This document shows positions 27,567-36,218 of a stretch of DNA of 42,917 bases, in pieces; position 1 is the first letter of the stretch, and each line of letters opens with the position of its first letter. The stretch lies in contig PWKK01000029.1 in the NCBI GenBank assembly GCA_003560665.1, positions 1 through 42,917 on the forward strand, read 5' to 3'. The translations under genes were made by a program, and so were the position numbers. The DNA is from Candidatus Nealsonbacteria bacterium. GTDB lineage: Bacteria > Patescibacteriota > Minisyncoccia > Minisyncoccales > PWPS01. Below the pieces are notes generated by a model. The model was given only the letters and a program-made list of their open reading frames with translations. It made no database searches and was not told the origin of the DNA.

Positions 27567-28844
27567 ATGCTGCAAAAGGATGCAATGGAGATATTAAAAG
27601 CCGGTTATAACGTTTTTTTAACGGGATGCGCGGGAACAGGAAAAACACACCTTTTAAATGAGTATATAAGCTTTTTAAGAAAAAAGGGAACTTGTGTCGG
27701 GATAACCGCATCGACGGGGATTGCGGCAACTCATCTTAACGGAGTGACTCTTCACTCTTTTACGGGAATGGGAGTTTTGAGTGAACTTACAAAAACTGAT
27801 CTTAATCGTATCCTCAAAAAGAGTTATCTCGCAAAAAATTTAGAAAAAACGCAAGTACTCGTTATCGACGAGATATCAATGCTTTCTTTAGAACAACTGG
27901 ATATTGCCGATCGGATTATAAGAGAGTTCCGTAAAAGTGATGAGCCTTTCGGGGGAATGCAGGTTGTTCTCTGTGGAGATTTCTTTCAGCTTCCACCGAT
28001 AAGAAGAGAAGATGGTTTGTATACGGAGGGAACGGGTTTTGTCTACAAAAGTCGTGCGTGGAGAGATTTAGATCTAAGGGTTTGTTACCTTACAGAGCAA
28101 CACAGACACAGGGAAAAGAGCCTTGTTTCTATTTTAAATGCTATTAGAAAAAATGATGTTGATGAAGACGTTTTAAGTCTTTTACGGAGTCGTTATCGAG
28201 CAAAGATAAAAGAAGAGGTCGAGGTAACAAAACTGTATACTCATAACGTTAATGTAGATTATATTAACAGTCGAGAACTGGCAAAACTTCCCGGAAAGAG
28301 TAAATATTTTTATATGCGAAAGAGGGGACCGGAAAAACTGGTGGAATCCTTAGGAAGAAATCTACTTGCTCCGGAACGGTTGGAATTAAAGAAAGACGCA
28401 GTAGTGATGTTTGTGAAAAACAATATCAAAGAAGGGTATGTGAATGGAACGCTAGGACGTGTCATCAGATTTAATGGAGAGATACCCGTAGTGAAAACAG
28501 TAAAAGGAAAATATATTAAAGTAGAACCGGAGAAGTGGGGGATTACAGAGGACGGTGAAGCAAAGGCGGAAGTAGAGCAGATTCCTCTGCGACTGGCGTG
28601 GGCGATTACCGTGCACAAAAGCCAAGGCACAACACTAGATGTTGCCGAGATGGACCTAAGTAAGGCTTTTGAACCGGGAATGGGTTATGTCGCTCTTTCT
28701 CGAGTACGTTCCCTTGATGGTCTTCGGTTGATGGGGTTAAACAAAACAGCTCTTATGGTAAGCGAAGAAGTAGTGCAAATGGACAAAGCTTTCCGGGAAG
28801 CTTCGAGAGGAGATGCGGAAGATTTTCGCCGAAGAAAAGATTAA
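27567..28844 (+). CDS. Pif1-family SF1B helicase
   Basis: TGCAGTGKT, ASTGIAA, IDEISM, GDFFQLPP, LAWAITVHKSQG, YVALSR. Confidence 0.92.
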   Translation: MLQKDAMEILKAGYNVFLTGCAGTGKTHLLNEYISFLRKKGTCVGITASTGIAATHLNGVTLHSFTGMGVLSELTKTDLNRILKKSYLAKNLEKTQVLVIDEISMLSLEQLDIADRIIREFRKSDEPFGGMQVVLCGDFFQLPPIRREDGLYTEGTGFVYKSRAWRDLDLRVCYLTEQHRHREKSLVSILNAIRKNDVDEDVLSLLRSRYRAKIKEEVEVTKLYTHNVNVDYINSRELAKLPGKSKYFYMRKRGPEKLVESLGRNLLAPERLELKKDAVVMFVKNNIKEGYVNGTLGRVIRFNGEIPVVKTVKGKYIKVEPEKWGITEDGEAKAEVEQIPLRLAWAITVHKSQGTTLDVAEMDLSKAFEPGMGYVALSRVRSLDGLRLMGLNKTALMVSEEVVQMDKAFREASRGDAEDFRRRKD

Positions 28845-28918
28845 TTCTTTCATTTTTTGATTTTTTCCTTATAATGAAAAGTAGGGAGGGACTGTACATT
28901 AAAAGGGAGGTGAACATT

Positions 28919-29803
28919 GTGGGGAAGGTGCTTAATTTTAAAGGAGTTGAAGGGAGAGACGTCTATAATCCTACCGCACCATTTAAAATTAACAGAATGA
29001 GATATTTAGCAGCGAGAGTTGAAGAAAGAGATGTTCTATGGCAGGATCCTGGATATAAACCCCGGATAGTTTTTTTTGCAGAAAATGACAATTCTTGGTT
29101 TCCGGTAAAAAACGTGCCAACTCTTCCTAAGTTTGAGGATCCTTTTAAAACATTTGTTTCCGGTGAGCTGATTTTTGGAGGAGTAAGAGTTTATGGGAAA
29201 CCGGGAAAAAGAAAATTTAGGACAGTTTTCTTTAAAGGGAAGTGCCTGCGGAGCTTAAGGGAGTTTGCTTGTGGTCCAGAGATGATGAAGGATATACGTT
29301 TGGTGGAATTAGTTGACGGAAGGATAGGCATTTTTACAAGACCTCAAGGGGGGAGTTATAAGAGAGGAAGAATCGGTTTTACAATCGTCCGGTCACTTGA
29401 AGATGTTAATGAAAAGAATATAGCAGATGCGGAAGTTATCAGAGAAAACCTTAAAGAAAACGAGTGGGAAGGAGTAAATGATGCCAAGTTACTTGAAAGT
29501 GGGAAAATCGGCGTTCTAGCACACCAAGCAAAGATTAAAGAAAGCGGAGAAAGGCAGTACGATGCAACCACCTTTACTCTTGACCCATACAAGATGAAGC
29601 TAGAGGCAAAAGACTTTAAAGTGATTATGACGCATGATGATGTTCCTGAAGCACCAGCAAAAACTCCTCGGCACAGAAAAATTGTTTTTTCGGGGGAAAT
29701 AAATTTTGACTACTATCTTTATACTGGCATTTATGATGCTTCGGTATATGAGGAGAAAATAGAAAATCCCTACGGCGAAAGTTTTTTAAAAAGGACCTTT
29801 TAA
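28919..29803 (+). CDS. DUF1861/MTP-like (GT108 beta-1,2-mannoside transferase/phosphorylase-like) five-blade propeller protein
   Basis: DVYNPTAPF, ARVEER, EDPF, GELIFGGV, GPEMMKDIRLVEL, FTRPQG, IGVLAH. In-frame GTG 28919 follows SD AGGGAGGTG; the ORF-track ATG 28874 overlaps a TATAAT box. Confidence 0.75.
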   Translation: MGKVLNFKGVEGRDVYNPTAPFKINRMRYLAARVEERDVLWQDPGYKPRIVFFAENDNSWFPVKNVPTLPKFEDPFKTFVSGELIFGGVRVYGKPGKRKFRTVFFKGKCLRSLREFACGPEMMKDIRLVELVDGRIGIFTRPQGGSYKRGRIGFTIVRSLEDVNEKNIADAEVIRENLKENEWEGVNDAKLLESGKIGVLAHQAKIKESGERQYDATTFTLDPYKMKLEAKDFKVIMTHDDVPEAPAKTPRHRKIVFSGEINFDYYLYTGIYDASVYEEKIENPYGESFLKRTF

Positions 29804-29907
29804 ATGAGGTCCTTTACTCTTAAGTTGGCCACGGATTGTTTTGTAATCCATGGAACATTTTTTGGCAACACAATAAAGATTAACCGGACCCAAAACCGGT
29901 TTTTTTA
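29789..29907 (+). terminator. Cluster of three hairpins, the last followed by a T-tract
   Basis: AAAGGACCT/AGGTCCTTT; CCACGGATT/AATCCATGG (imperfect); AACCGG/CCGGTT plus TTTTT. Confidence 0.55.
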
Positions 29908-29910
29908 TTA

Positions 29911-30012
29911 GTGTGGAGAAAGGGGGTTGACAAGTTATCATTTGTGGAATAAAATGGGGCTACTACCCAAAATTGTGGAAAAAAGTGGGGAAAACCGTGA
30001 AAGTTGGGGAAA
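29911..30012 (+). promoter_or_regulatory. dcw promoter with MraZ-type operator repeats
   Basis: TTGACA(29927)-17 nt-TAAAAT(29950); TGG(A/G) repeats at 29914, 29945, 29955, 29976, 29986 and 30005, roughly in 10-bp phase. Confidence 0.8.
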
Positions 30013-30029
30013 ACTAAAGAACAATAAGC

Positions 30030-30461
30030 ATGTTTATCGGTGAGTATACATATAAAATAGATGATAAGAAGAGACTCGCTGTTCCTTCTAAGTTTCGTGC
30101 GACTTTAAAGAAGAAAGCGGTAATTACAAGGGGGCTTGATAGCTGCCTTTTTCTTTTTTCAATGGAAGAGTGGAAAAACATTGCTGAAAAAATAAGTAAA
30201 CTTCCTTTCGGGCAGTATGACAACAGGGGATTTTCCAGAATAATACTTTCGGGAGCGATGGAAGTTGAGTTTGATTCTTTGGGGAGAATTATTGTTCCTG
30301 ATTATTTGAAAAAGTATGCGTCGCTTAAAAAAGAAACGGTTGTTGCCGGGCTTTATAACCGTATTGAAATTTGGGATAGAAAATTATGGGATGATTACAA
30401 GAACAAAACCGAAAAGGAATTGGGAAATATTGCTGAGAGATTAAAAGATTTTGGAGTATAG
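30030..30461 (+). CDS. mraZ: Division/cell wall cluster transcriptional regulator MraZ
   Basis: MFIGEY...IDDKKRLAVPSKFR, DSLGRIIVP, RIEIWD. Confidence 0.96.
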   Translation: MFIGEYTYKIDDKKRLAVPSKFRATLKKKAVITRGLDSCLFLFSMEEWKNIAEKISKLPFGQYDNRGFSRIILSGAMEVEFDSLGRIIVPDYLKKYASLKKETVVAGLYNRIEIWDRKLWDDYKNKTEKELGNIAERLKDFGV

Positions 30462-30464
30462 AGT

Positions 30465-31328
30465 ATGCACATACCTGTTTTAAAGGAAGAAGTTTTGCAC
30501 TTTTTAAATCCAAAAAGAAATGAGAATTTTATCGACTGCACTGCGGGAGAAGGGGGACATGCTTTCGGTATAATAGAAAAAAATGGCCCTTCCGGAAAAG
30601 TAATGGCGATCGAGTGGGACGAAGAGCTTTATAACATTCTAAAAAAGAAAGCAACGGAAAGATTCGTTCCTGTTAACAGCTCTTATACCCTGATCAAAGA
30701 TATTGTAAAAGAGAAAAGCTTTTTTCCGGTAAATGGAGTTTTGTTTGATCTGGGTTTTTCCAGCTTTCATGTTGATGAAAGCGGAAGAGGGTTTTCGTTT
30801 ATGCGCAAAGAGCCACTGGATATGCGCTATAACAAGAAAACGACACTTACCGCCTATGAAATCGTAAACAAGTATAGAAAAAAAAACATTTTGTACATTC
30901 TTAAAAAATGGGGTGAAGAGGATTATGCCGAGAGAATTGCTCATGCAATTGTCTCCAAAAGAAGAGAGGCTCCGATAGAGACGACAGAGGACCTTACTAG
31001 GATAATTGAAAGTGTCGTTCCGAAAAATTATCAAAAAAAGACCAAGATAAATTGTGCAACAAAAACATTTCAAGCGTTGCGGATAGCAGTAAACGGAGAA
31101 CTTTTAGGATTAAAAGCAACCCTCCCGGAGGCACTGGAAGTAATGGAAAGAGGAGGGAGGATGGCTGTTATCTGTTTTCACGGAGGAGAAGAGAAACTGG
31201 TGAGAAGATTTTTTCGCTTCGCAGATGTAAAAATTCTTACCCCGCGACCGGTTGTTCCTTCGGAAAAAGAAATAAATAAAAACGTTCGTTCAAGGTCGGC
31301 TAAACTGTATGCAGTTGTAAAAAATTAG
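30465..31328 (+). CDS. rsmH: 16S rRNA m4C1402 methyltransferase
   Basis: HIPVL, DCTAGEGGHA, DLGFSS, RGFSF, PLDMR, FQALRIAVN, RSRSAKL; follows mraZ. Confidence 0.95.
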   Translation: MHIPVLKEEVLHFLNPKRNENFIDCTAGEGGHAFGIIEKNGPSGKVMAIEWDEELYNILKKKATERFVPVNSSYTLIKDIVKEKSFFPVNGVLFDLGFSSFHVDESGRGFSFMRKEPLDMRYNKKTTLTAYEIVNKYRKKNILYILKKWGEEDYAERIAHAIVSKRREAPIETTEDLTRIIESVVPKNYQKKTKINCATKTFQALRIAVNGELLGLKATLPEALEVMERGGRMAVICFHGGEEKLVRRFFRFADVKILTPRPVVPSEKEINKNVRSRSAKLYAVVKN

Positions 31329-31338
31329 TTTAAAAAAA

Positions 31339-31626
31339 ATGAAAAGTATCTTTAAAATTTCTTATCTTACACTGTTTTTCTTTGTAATTGTACTTACTTT
31401 TTCCTGTATTTTTCAGGTCATCAATTTAACACAAGAAAAATACCTCACATTGAGATATCAAGAAAAAATAAATACAATTTCCAGGAAAAATTATTCTGGT
31501 GCCCATGATGTGAAAAACGGGTTTTCTCTAAAAGAGGTCAAAAGAATTGCGAGTGAAAATAATTTTACCGAGACAGAGAGTATTACCTATCTTAAAGCGC
31601 CCGCAACAGAGGTTGTGGTCCGTTAG
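31339..31626 (+). CDS. FtsL-like small bitopic membrane protein
   Basis: One TM helix plus a helical segment; canonical position between rsmH and the PBP. Called mainly from synteny. Confidence 0.55.
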   Translation: MKSIFKISYLTLFFFVIVLTFSCIFQVINLTQEKYLTLRYQEKINTISRKNYSGAHDVKNGFSLKEVKRIASENNFTETESITYLKAPATEVVVR

Positions 31627-31631
31627 ATAAA

Positions 31632-33296
31632 ATGTGTGACAAGCGCTTGTGGTTTATTTTCGGAGTTATAATTATTATAACGGGAGCTCTTTCCTTTAGG
31701 CTTTTTCATTTACAAGTGTTGGATGGGAGCACGTGGAGAGCACAAGCACAAGGGCAGCAAAGAATTTTTGAAAGAAGCATGGGAGAAAGAGGAAGTATTT
31801 ATTTAAGCAGTGTTAACGGATTGCCGGTACCGGTTGCGATAAATAAAAATATCTATCACGCCTACATTTCTCCCCGTGAGTTAACAAGAGAAGAGAAGAA
31901 AGAAGCACCTGCTTTATTTGCAGATATTTTAGATATTGAAGAGGATTTGATAAAAGAACATATTGAGAAAAACACCGGTTACGAGGTTTTAAAAAGAAAC
32001 TTAAGCTCTGAAGAAGTTGAGATGGTAAGGGATACTCCCAATATACACCTTTACAGAGAAAGAGTCCGTAGTTATCCGGAAGGAGATTTAGCTTCTCACA
32101 TTATCGGTTTTGTCGGAGGAGAGGGTGTTGGACAGTACGGAATAGAACAGTACTATGAAGATGTTATTGGAGGAAGAGCGGGAGTAAGAGAGGGTTTAAA
32201 AAACCCTTGGGGAAGTTTCATAGCCAAAGATTCTACACAAAGAGGGGAAGATGTAAATCTCACCGTTGATTACAACATCCAACACTTTGCTCAAAGTGCA
32301 CTGGAAAGAACAGTGGAAAGAGTTAATGCTTCGGGAGGATCGGTTTTGATAGGAAACCCGAAAACGGGAGAGATTTTGGCAATGACCAACTATCCTTTTT
32401 TTGATCTTAACAACTATTCCAGAGAAGATGTAAGTGTTTTTAAAAATTCGGCAGTACAAGAAACTTTTGAGCCTGGATCTGTTTTTAAACCTATCACAAT
32501 GGTTGCCGCCATTGATCGAGGGGCTGTTAATCCGGAAGACACTTTTTATGATAGCGGAGAAAAAAGAATCCATAATCGTGTAATTCGTAACTATAACCAA
32601 AGGGCGTACGGTCTTGTTACGGCAACGGAAATAATGGAGAAGTCTATTAATACGGGAATAGTCCATGTTAAAGACCAAGTTGGAAACGATGTTTTTTTGG
32701 AATACCTCAAAGAGTTTGGTTTTTTTGAAACCACCGGAATTGATCTCCATGGGGAAGTTTATTCTCAAAACAGAAGCTTTCTGGAAGGACATGATGCAAA
32801 CTTTGCAACCGCTTCTTATGGACAAGGAATAGAAATTACCATGGTTCAACTTTTTCGAGCTTTTGCTGTTCTCGCGAACGGAGGAGTGCTTGTTGACCCT
32901 CACATTGTAAAAAGAGAAAACGAACGAGAAACTTCTTTGTCGGAAAAAAGAATAATTTCTCCTGTCGCTGCATCTCTTGTAACCGAAATGATGGTTAGTA
33001 CTGTTGAACAGGGATTTGGAAGTACAGCGAAGATTCCGGGATACTATCTTGCCGGGAAAACGGGAACAGCGCAGGTGGCGTGGTCGAAACTAGGCTTGCA
33101 GAAAAGAGGTTATTCAGACCGAACGATTCAAGGTTTTGCCGGTTACGGTCCGGCATTTGATCCAGAGTTTGTAATTTTGGTTAAGTTAGATCAACCGCAA
33201 ACACGTTCTGCTGAAGTCTCCGCTGCTCCGTTGTTTAAAGAAATTGCCGAGTATATTCTTCGGTATAAAAAGATACCGTATGATTACGATATTTAA
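31632..33296 (+). CDS. ftsI: Class B penicillin-binding protein (FtsI-like)
   Basis: N-terminal TM, RGSI, RSYPEG, GIEQYY; catalytic SxxK (EPGSVFK), SxN (SIN) and KTG (GKTGTAQ). Confidence 0.85.
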   Translation: MCDKRLWFIFGVIIIITGALSFRLFHLQVLDGSTWRAQAQGQQRIFERSMGERGSIYLSSVNGLPVPVAINKNIYHAYISPRELTREEKKEAPALFADILDIEEDLIKEHIEKNTGYEVLKRNLSSEEVEMVRDTPNIHLYRERVRSYPEGDLASHIIGFVGGEGVGQYGIEQYYEDVIGGRAGVREGLKNPWGSFIAKDSTQRGEDVNLTVDYNIQHFAQSALERTVERVNASGGSVLIGNPKTGEILAMTNYPFFDLNNYSREDVSVFKNSAVQETFEPGSVFKPITMVAAIDRGAVNPEDTFYDSGEKRIHNRVIRNYNQRAYGLVTATEIMEKSINTGIVHVKDQVGNDVFLEYLKEFGFFETTGIDLHGEVYSQNRSFLEGHDANFATASYGQGIEITMVQLFRAFAVLANGGVLVDPHIVKRENERETSLSEKRIISPVAASLVTEMMVSTVEQGFGSTAKIPGYYLAGKTGTAQVAWSKLGLQKRGYSDRTIQGFAGYGPAFDPEFVILVKLDQPQTRSAEVSAAPLFKEIAEYILRYKKIPYDYDI

Positions 33297-33308
33297 AAAG
33301 AGAAGGAT

Positions 33309-33923
33309 ATGATAGGAACAATATTAAAAAGAAAAAAAGTTATTTTTATTGCAGGAGACAGGAAACGAGAAACTGCTTACTTTGCGAATTTTGTTCTAAA
33401 AGACAGCTTCACCGTTTTTTCTTCCGACAAAATGCCGTCTATCTTTGATTTTTTTTCAGTGTTAAAGAGTAGTGTTATTATTATTGAAGACAATGACAGC
33501 GAAGACCCCCTTAAGGTGAAGAATTTTTTAGAGTTGTCTCGGTTTTGTATTTTTGTGGTTACAGAGACGGAAGAAAAGGCGAGAATAAGAAAAATTCTTC
33601 AAGGGCCATTGGAAAAATTAATTCTTGTTTTGGACTTCTCGATAGCAAGAAAACTAAAGAAAAGAAAAAAGAAGGATGTTCTTACTTTTGGTATTGACAG
33701 AAAGAGAGCAGCCTTTTATATTACTGATATTCATCAAAGGGAAAAAGAAACAAATTTTAAGGTGAATTACGGAGCAAACACGATTCCTTTTTGGGTAAAA
33801 GAAAAGCTAAAAAACAAAGAGATATATGCCGTTTTGCCGGCACTTTGCCTCGCAAAAATCTTTAAACTTAATTTGGCGAATGTTTCTCATAGAATAAGAG
33901 AGGAATTAACGTCTGGTAGGTAG
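33309..33923 (+). CDS. Degenerate, truncated Mur-ligase central-domain-like protein
   Basis: Position after the PBP; LTFG...FYITDI...TNFKVNY...IYAVLPALCLAKIFKLNL resembles the end of a Mur ligase middle domain; no GKT P-loop and no C-terminal domain. Confidence 0.5.
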   Translation: MIGTILKRKKVIFIAGDRKRETAYFANFVLKDSFTVFSSDKMPSIFDFFSVLKSSVIIIEDNDSEDPLKVKNFLELSRFCIFVVTETEEKARIRKILQGPLEKLILVLDFSIARKLKKRKKKDVLTFGIDRKRAAFYITDIHQREKETNFKVNYGANTIPFWVKEKLKNKEIYAVLPALCLAKIFKLNLANVSHRIREELTSGR

Positions 33924-34033
33924 GGTAAAAATTTGCTATTCTCTCCTTGTTATTTAAGCTTGTGAGATAAGAGCAAACACAGAAGCTTGTACTTCTTTGT
34001 TTTTTTTGTATTATTTTATACAGTTGTAGACAT

Positions 34034-34109
34034 GGCCCCATCGTCTAGTGGCTTAGGACGCCGGGTTCTCAGTCCGGTAACACGGGTTCAAATCCCGTTG
34101 GGGTCACCA
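34034..34109 (+). tRNA. tRNA-Glu (CTC) with encoded CCA
   Basis: Acceptor GGCCCCA/TGGGGTC, anticodon arm CCGGG-TTCTCAG-TCCGG, T-arm ACGGG-TTCAAAT-CCCGT, discriminator A34106, CCA 34107-34109. Confidence 0.95.
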
Positions 34110-35221
34110 TGAAAATTTTATACGGTATATCAATTCTTGCAGGAACAATAATCGGAGCAGGTCTTTTTTCGTTGCCTTATATTACTTCGGTAGTTGGTAT
34201 CGTGGTGATGCTCGGATACATTTTTTTTATAGGAGGAGTTTCTATTTTAGTTCATTATTTTTTAGGAGAGGTTTGTTTGAAAACTCCTGATTTTTTGCGT
34301 TTACCCGGCTTTGCCAAATATCATCTCGGCAAAAATGCACAAAAGATCGCCTACGTTTCCGGTATCTTAGGACTTCTTGGTGCAATTTTGGCCTACCTTA
34401 TTTTAGGAGGGGAGTTTTTGACGGCTCTTTTGGCTCCTGTTTTCGGAGGGGGAGTAGTGCAGTATACAACAATCTACTTTGTGCTTTCCTCTCTTTTCAT
34501 CTATTCCGGGATTAGGGCAATTTCAAAATTAGAATTTTTCGGAATTATTGTTTTTCTTGTTTTTTTATTGATTACCTTTATCCGTGGATTTGAGGAGATC
34601 GCAATTGACAATCTTTTTTTTATGCGAGAAGGGGAGTTTGATATTTTTCTTCCTTACGGAGCTCTCTTGTTTGCTCTTTGGGGCGGAGCTCTCGTCCCGG
34701 AAATTGAAGAAACTTTGTGTTTGGGGAAAGAAAGAAGAAAGCTTTTAAAAATTATACCAATCGGGATAATTCTTTCTCTCTTTATTTCTCTCTTTTTCGT
34801 TGTCATTGTGCTTGGAATTACCGGGGAACACACGACCAGAGAGGCTCTTGTCGGTCTTGAGAGTTACTTGGGCAACAGTATCGCCTCTTTGATGCTTGTT
34901 TTCGGTTTACTGGTTATTTTTACCTCTTTGGTGACCATTGGGCTTACGGTAAAGAAAATCCTCTGGTATGACTTAAAAATACAAAAAGATGTTTCTTGGG
35001 CGATTACCTGTATGATTCCCTTTATCCTTTTCCTAGTAGGAGTAAAGGACTTTATCATGGTTATCGGAATAGTTGGTGCAACGATGATTGCTGTAGATGC
35101 AATTCTTATTCTATTGATGTACGAAAAGATAAAAGAAAAGAAGGTTCGACTCATCACTTATCCTTTGATTTTTCTCTTCATTTTGGGTATTATTTACGAA
35201 ATTGTTTATTTTTTCGTGTAA
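34109..35221 (+). CDS. Amino acid permease (aromatic/hydroxy amino acid permease, TyrP/SdaC-like)
   Basis: ILAGTIIGAGLFSLP at the N-terminus, LPYGALLFALWG, about 11 hydrophobic segments. Confidence 0.85.
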   Translation: MKILYGISILAGTIIGAGLFSLPYITSVVGIVVMLGYIFFIGGVSILVHYFLGEVCLKTPDFLRLPGFAKYHLGKNAQKIAYVSGILGLLGAILAYLILGGEFLTALLAPVFGGGVVQYTTIYFVLSSLFIYSGIRAISKLEFFGIIVFLVFLLITFIRGFEEIAIDNLFFMREGEFDIFLPYGALLFALWGGALVPEIEETLCLGKERRKLLKIIPIGIILSLFISLFFVVIVLGITGEHTTREALVGLESYLGNSIASLMLVFGLLVIFTSLVTIGLTVKKILWYDLKIQKDVSWAITCMIPFILFLVGVKDFIMVIGIVGATMIAVDAILILLMYEKIKEKKVRLITYPLIFLFILGIIYEIVYFFV

Positions 35222-36162
35222 TGTTTTTTAATGTTGTAATTTTTCTTTTCTCTTGCTTTTTAATTATTTTTGCAAGCAGGATTATTATTGATGCGTTGTA
35301 CCGTCTTGCGTGCCGTTTGTGCTGGAAAGAATTTATTGTTGCTTTTTTTGCTGCTTCCGTAGGAGCGGTTATACCAGAGCTTTTCATTGGAGTGAGAGCA
35401 GCGCTGAAAGGTGTCCCAGAGTTGGCCTTGGGCAGCATTATTGGTCAAAATATTATCCTTTTTACGTTATCGGTTGCAATTTGTACATTTATTTTAAAAG
35501 AGATTGTCGTTGAGAGCAGAACTGTAAGGGCGGGAGCAGCATTTTCACTTTTCGCTGTTACTCTTCCCTTTATCCTTCTCTGGGATGGGGTGTTAAGCAG
35601 AATTGATGGAGTGATTCTCATTGCGGCATGCTTTTTCTATATCTACTGGCTTTTTTCTGAAAAAGATCATTTTTTAAAGAAGTATGAAGGAGTCTCTTTA
35701 AAATCATCTGTTCCAAAAGATATTTTGACTGTTTTTTTCGGATTTCTTTTTGTAGTTCTTAGCGCGGAGGGAATAATTTATTCGGCACAGAACATGAGTA
35801 TTCATCTTGGAATCCCACTTGCTATTTTTGGAATTTTTGTTGTTGGAATGGGAGTTGCTCTCCCGGAGACATTTTTTTCTGTTGCTCTTGCTAGCAGAGG
35901 GCACTCGTGGATGATTCTTGGGGGCCTTCTCGGTGCTATTTCTCTTTCTGCAACTCTTGTTTTAGGAATTGTGGCGGTTATTAGTCCCATTGAAGTTGTT
36001 GATTTTTCTTCTCTTCGTGTTGCTCAATTTTTCTTGATTTCCGCAGGATTCTTTCTTTTTCTTTTTGTGAGGACGAACAACAAGATTACGAAAAAAGAAG
36101 CATTTTTTCTGCTTGGAGTATATCTTCTTTTCCTCTTGTTTGAATTCATAATTCTTGCCTAA
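35221..36162 (+). CDS. Cation:calcium antiporter (CaCA/YrbG-like)
   Basis: Two alpha-repeats (VGAVIPELF...LGSIIGQNI; GVALPETF...LGGLLGA), DGVLSRIDG, ITKKEA. ATG overlaps the permease stop (TAATG). Confidence 0.82.
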   Translation: MFFNVVIFLFSCFLIIFASRIIIDALYRLACRLCWKEFIVAFFAASVGAVIPELFIGVRAALKGVPELALGSIIGQNIILFTLSVAICTFILKEIVVESRTVRAGAAFSLFAVTLPFILLWDGVLSRIDGVILIAACFFYIYWLFSEKDHFLKKYEGVSLKSSVPKDILTVFFGFLFVVLSAEGIIYSAQNMSIHLGIPLAIFGIFVVGMGVALPETFFSVALASRGHSWMILGGLLGAISLSATLVLGIVAVISPIEVVDFSSLRVAQFFLISAGFFLFLFVRTNNKITKKEAFFLLGVYLLFLLFEFIILA

Positions 36163-36218
36163 GGAGTTGTGATTTGTCTTGATATTTTTGGTGTTTGGTG
36201 GTATCATTCGGGAGCATT

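Noticed and set aside
31292-31298. AAGGTCG upstream of the ftsL-like gene as a fifth motif copy
   Set aside because: Only a 7-nt match, 40 nt from the ATG, and explained by codons of the conserved RSRSAKL motif.
34996-35220. 75-aa N-terminal extension of the antiporter overlapping the permease
   Set aside because: The TAATG coupled start at 35221 gives a normal-length CaCA protein; the extension is an off-frame artefact.
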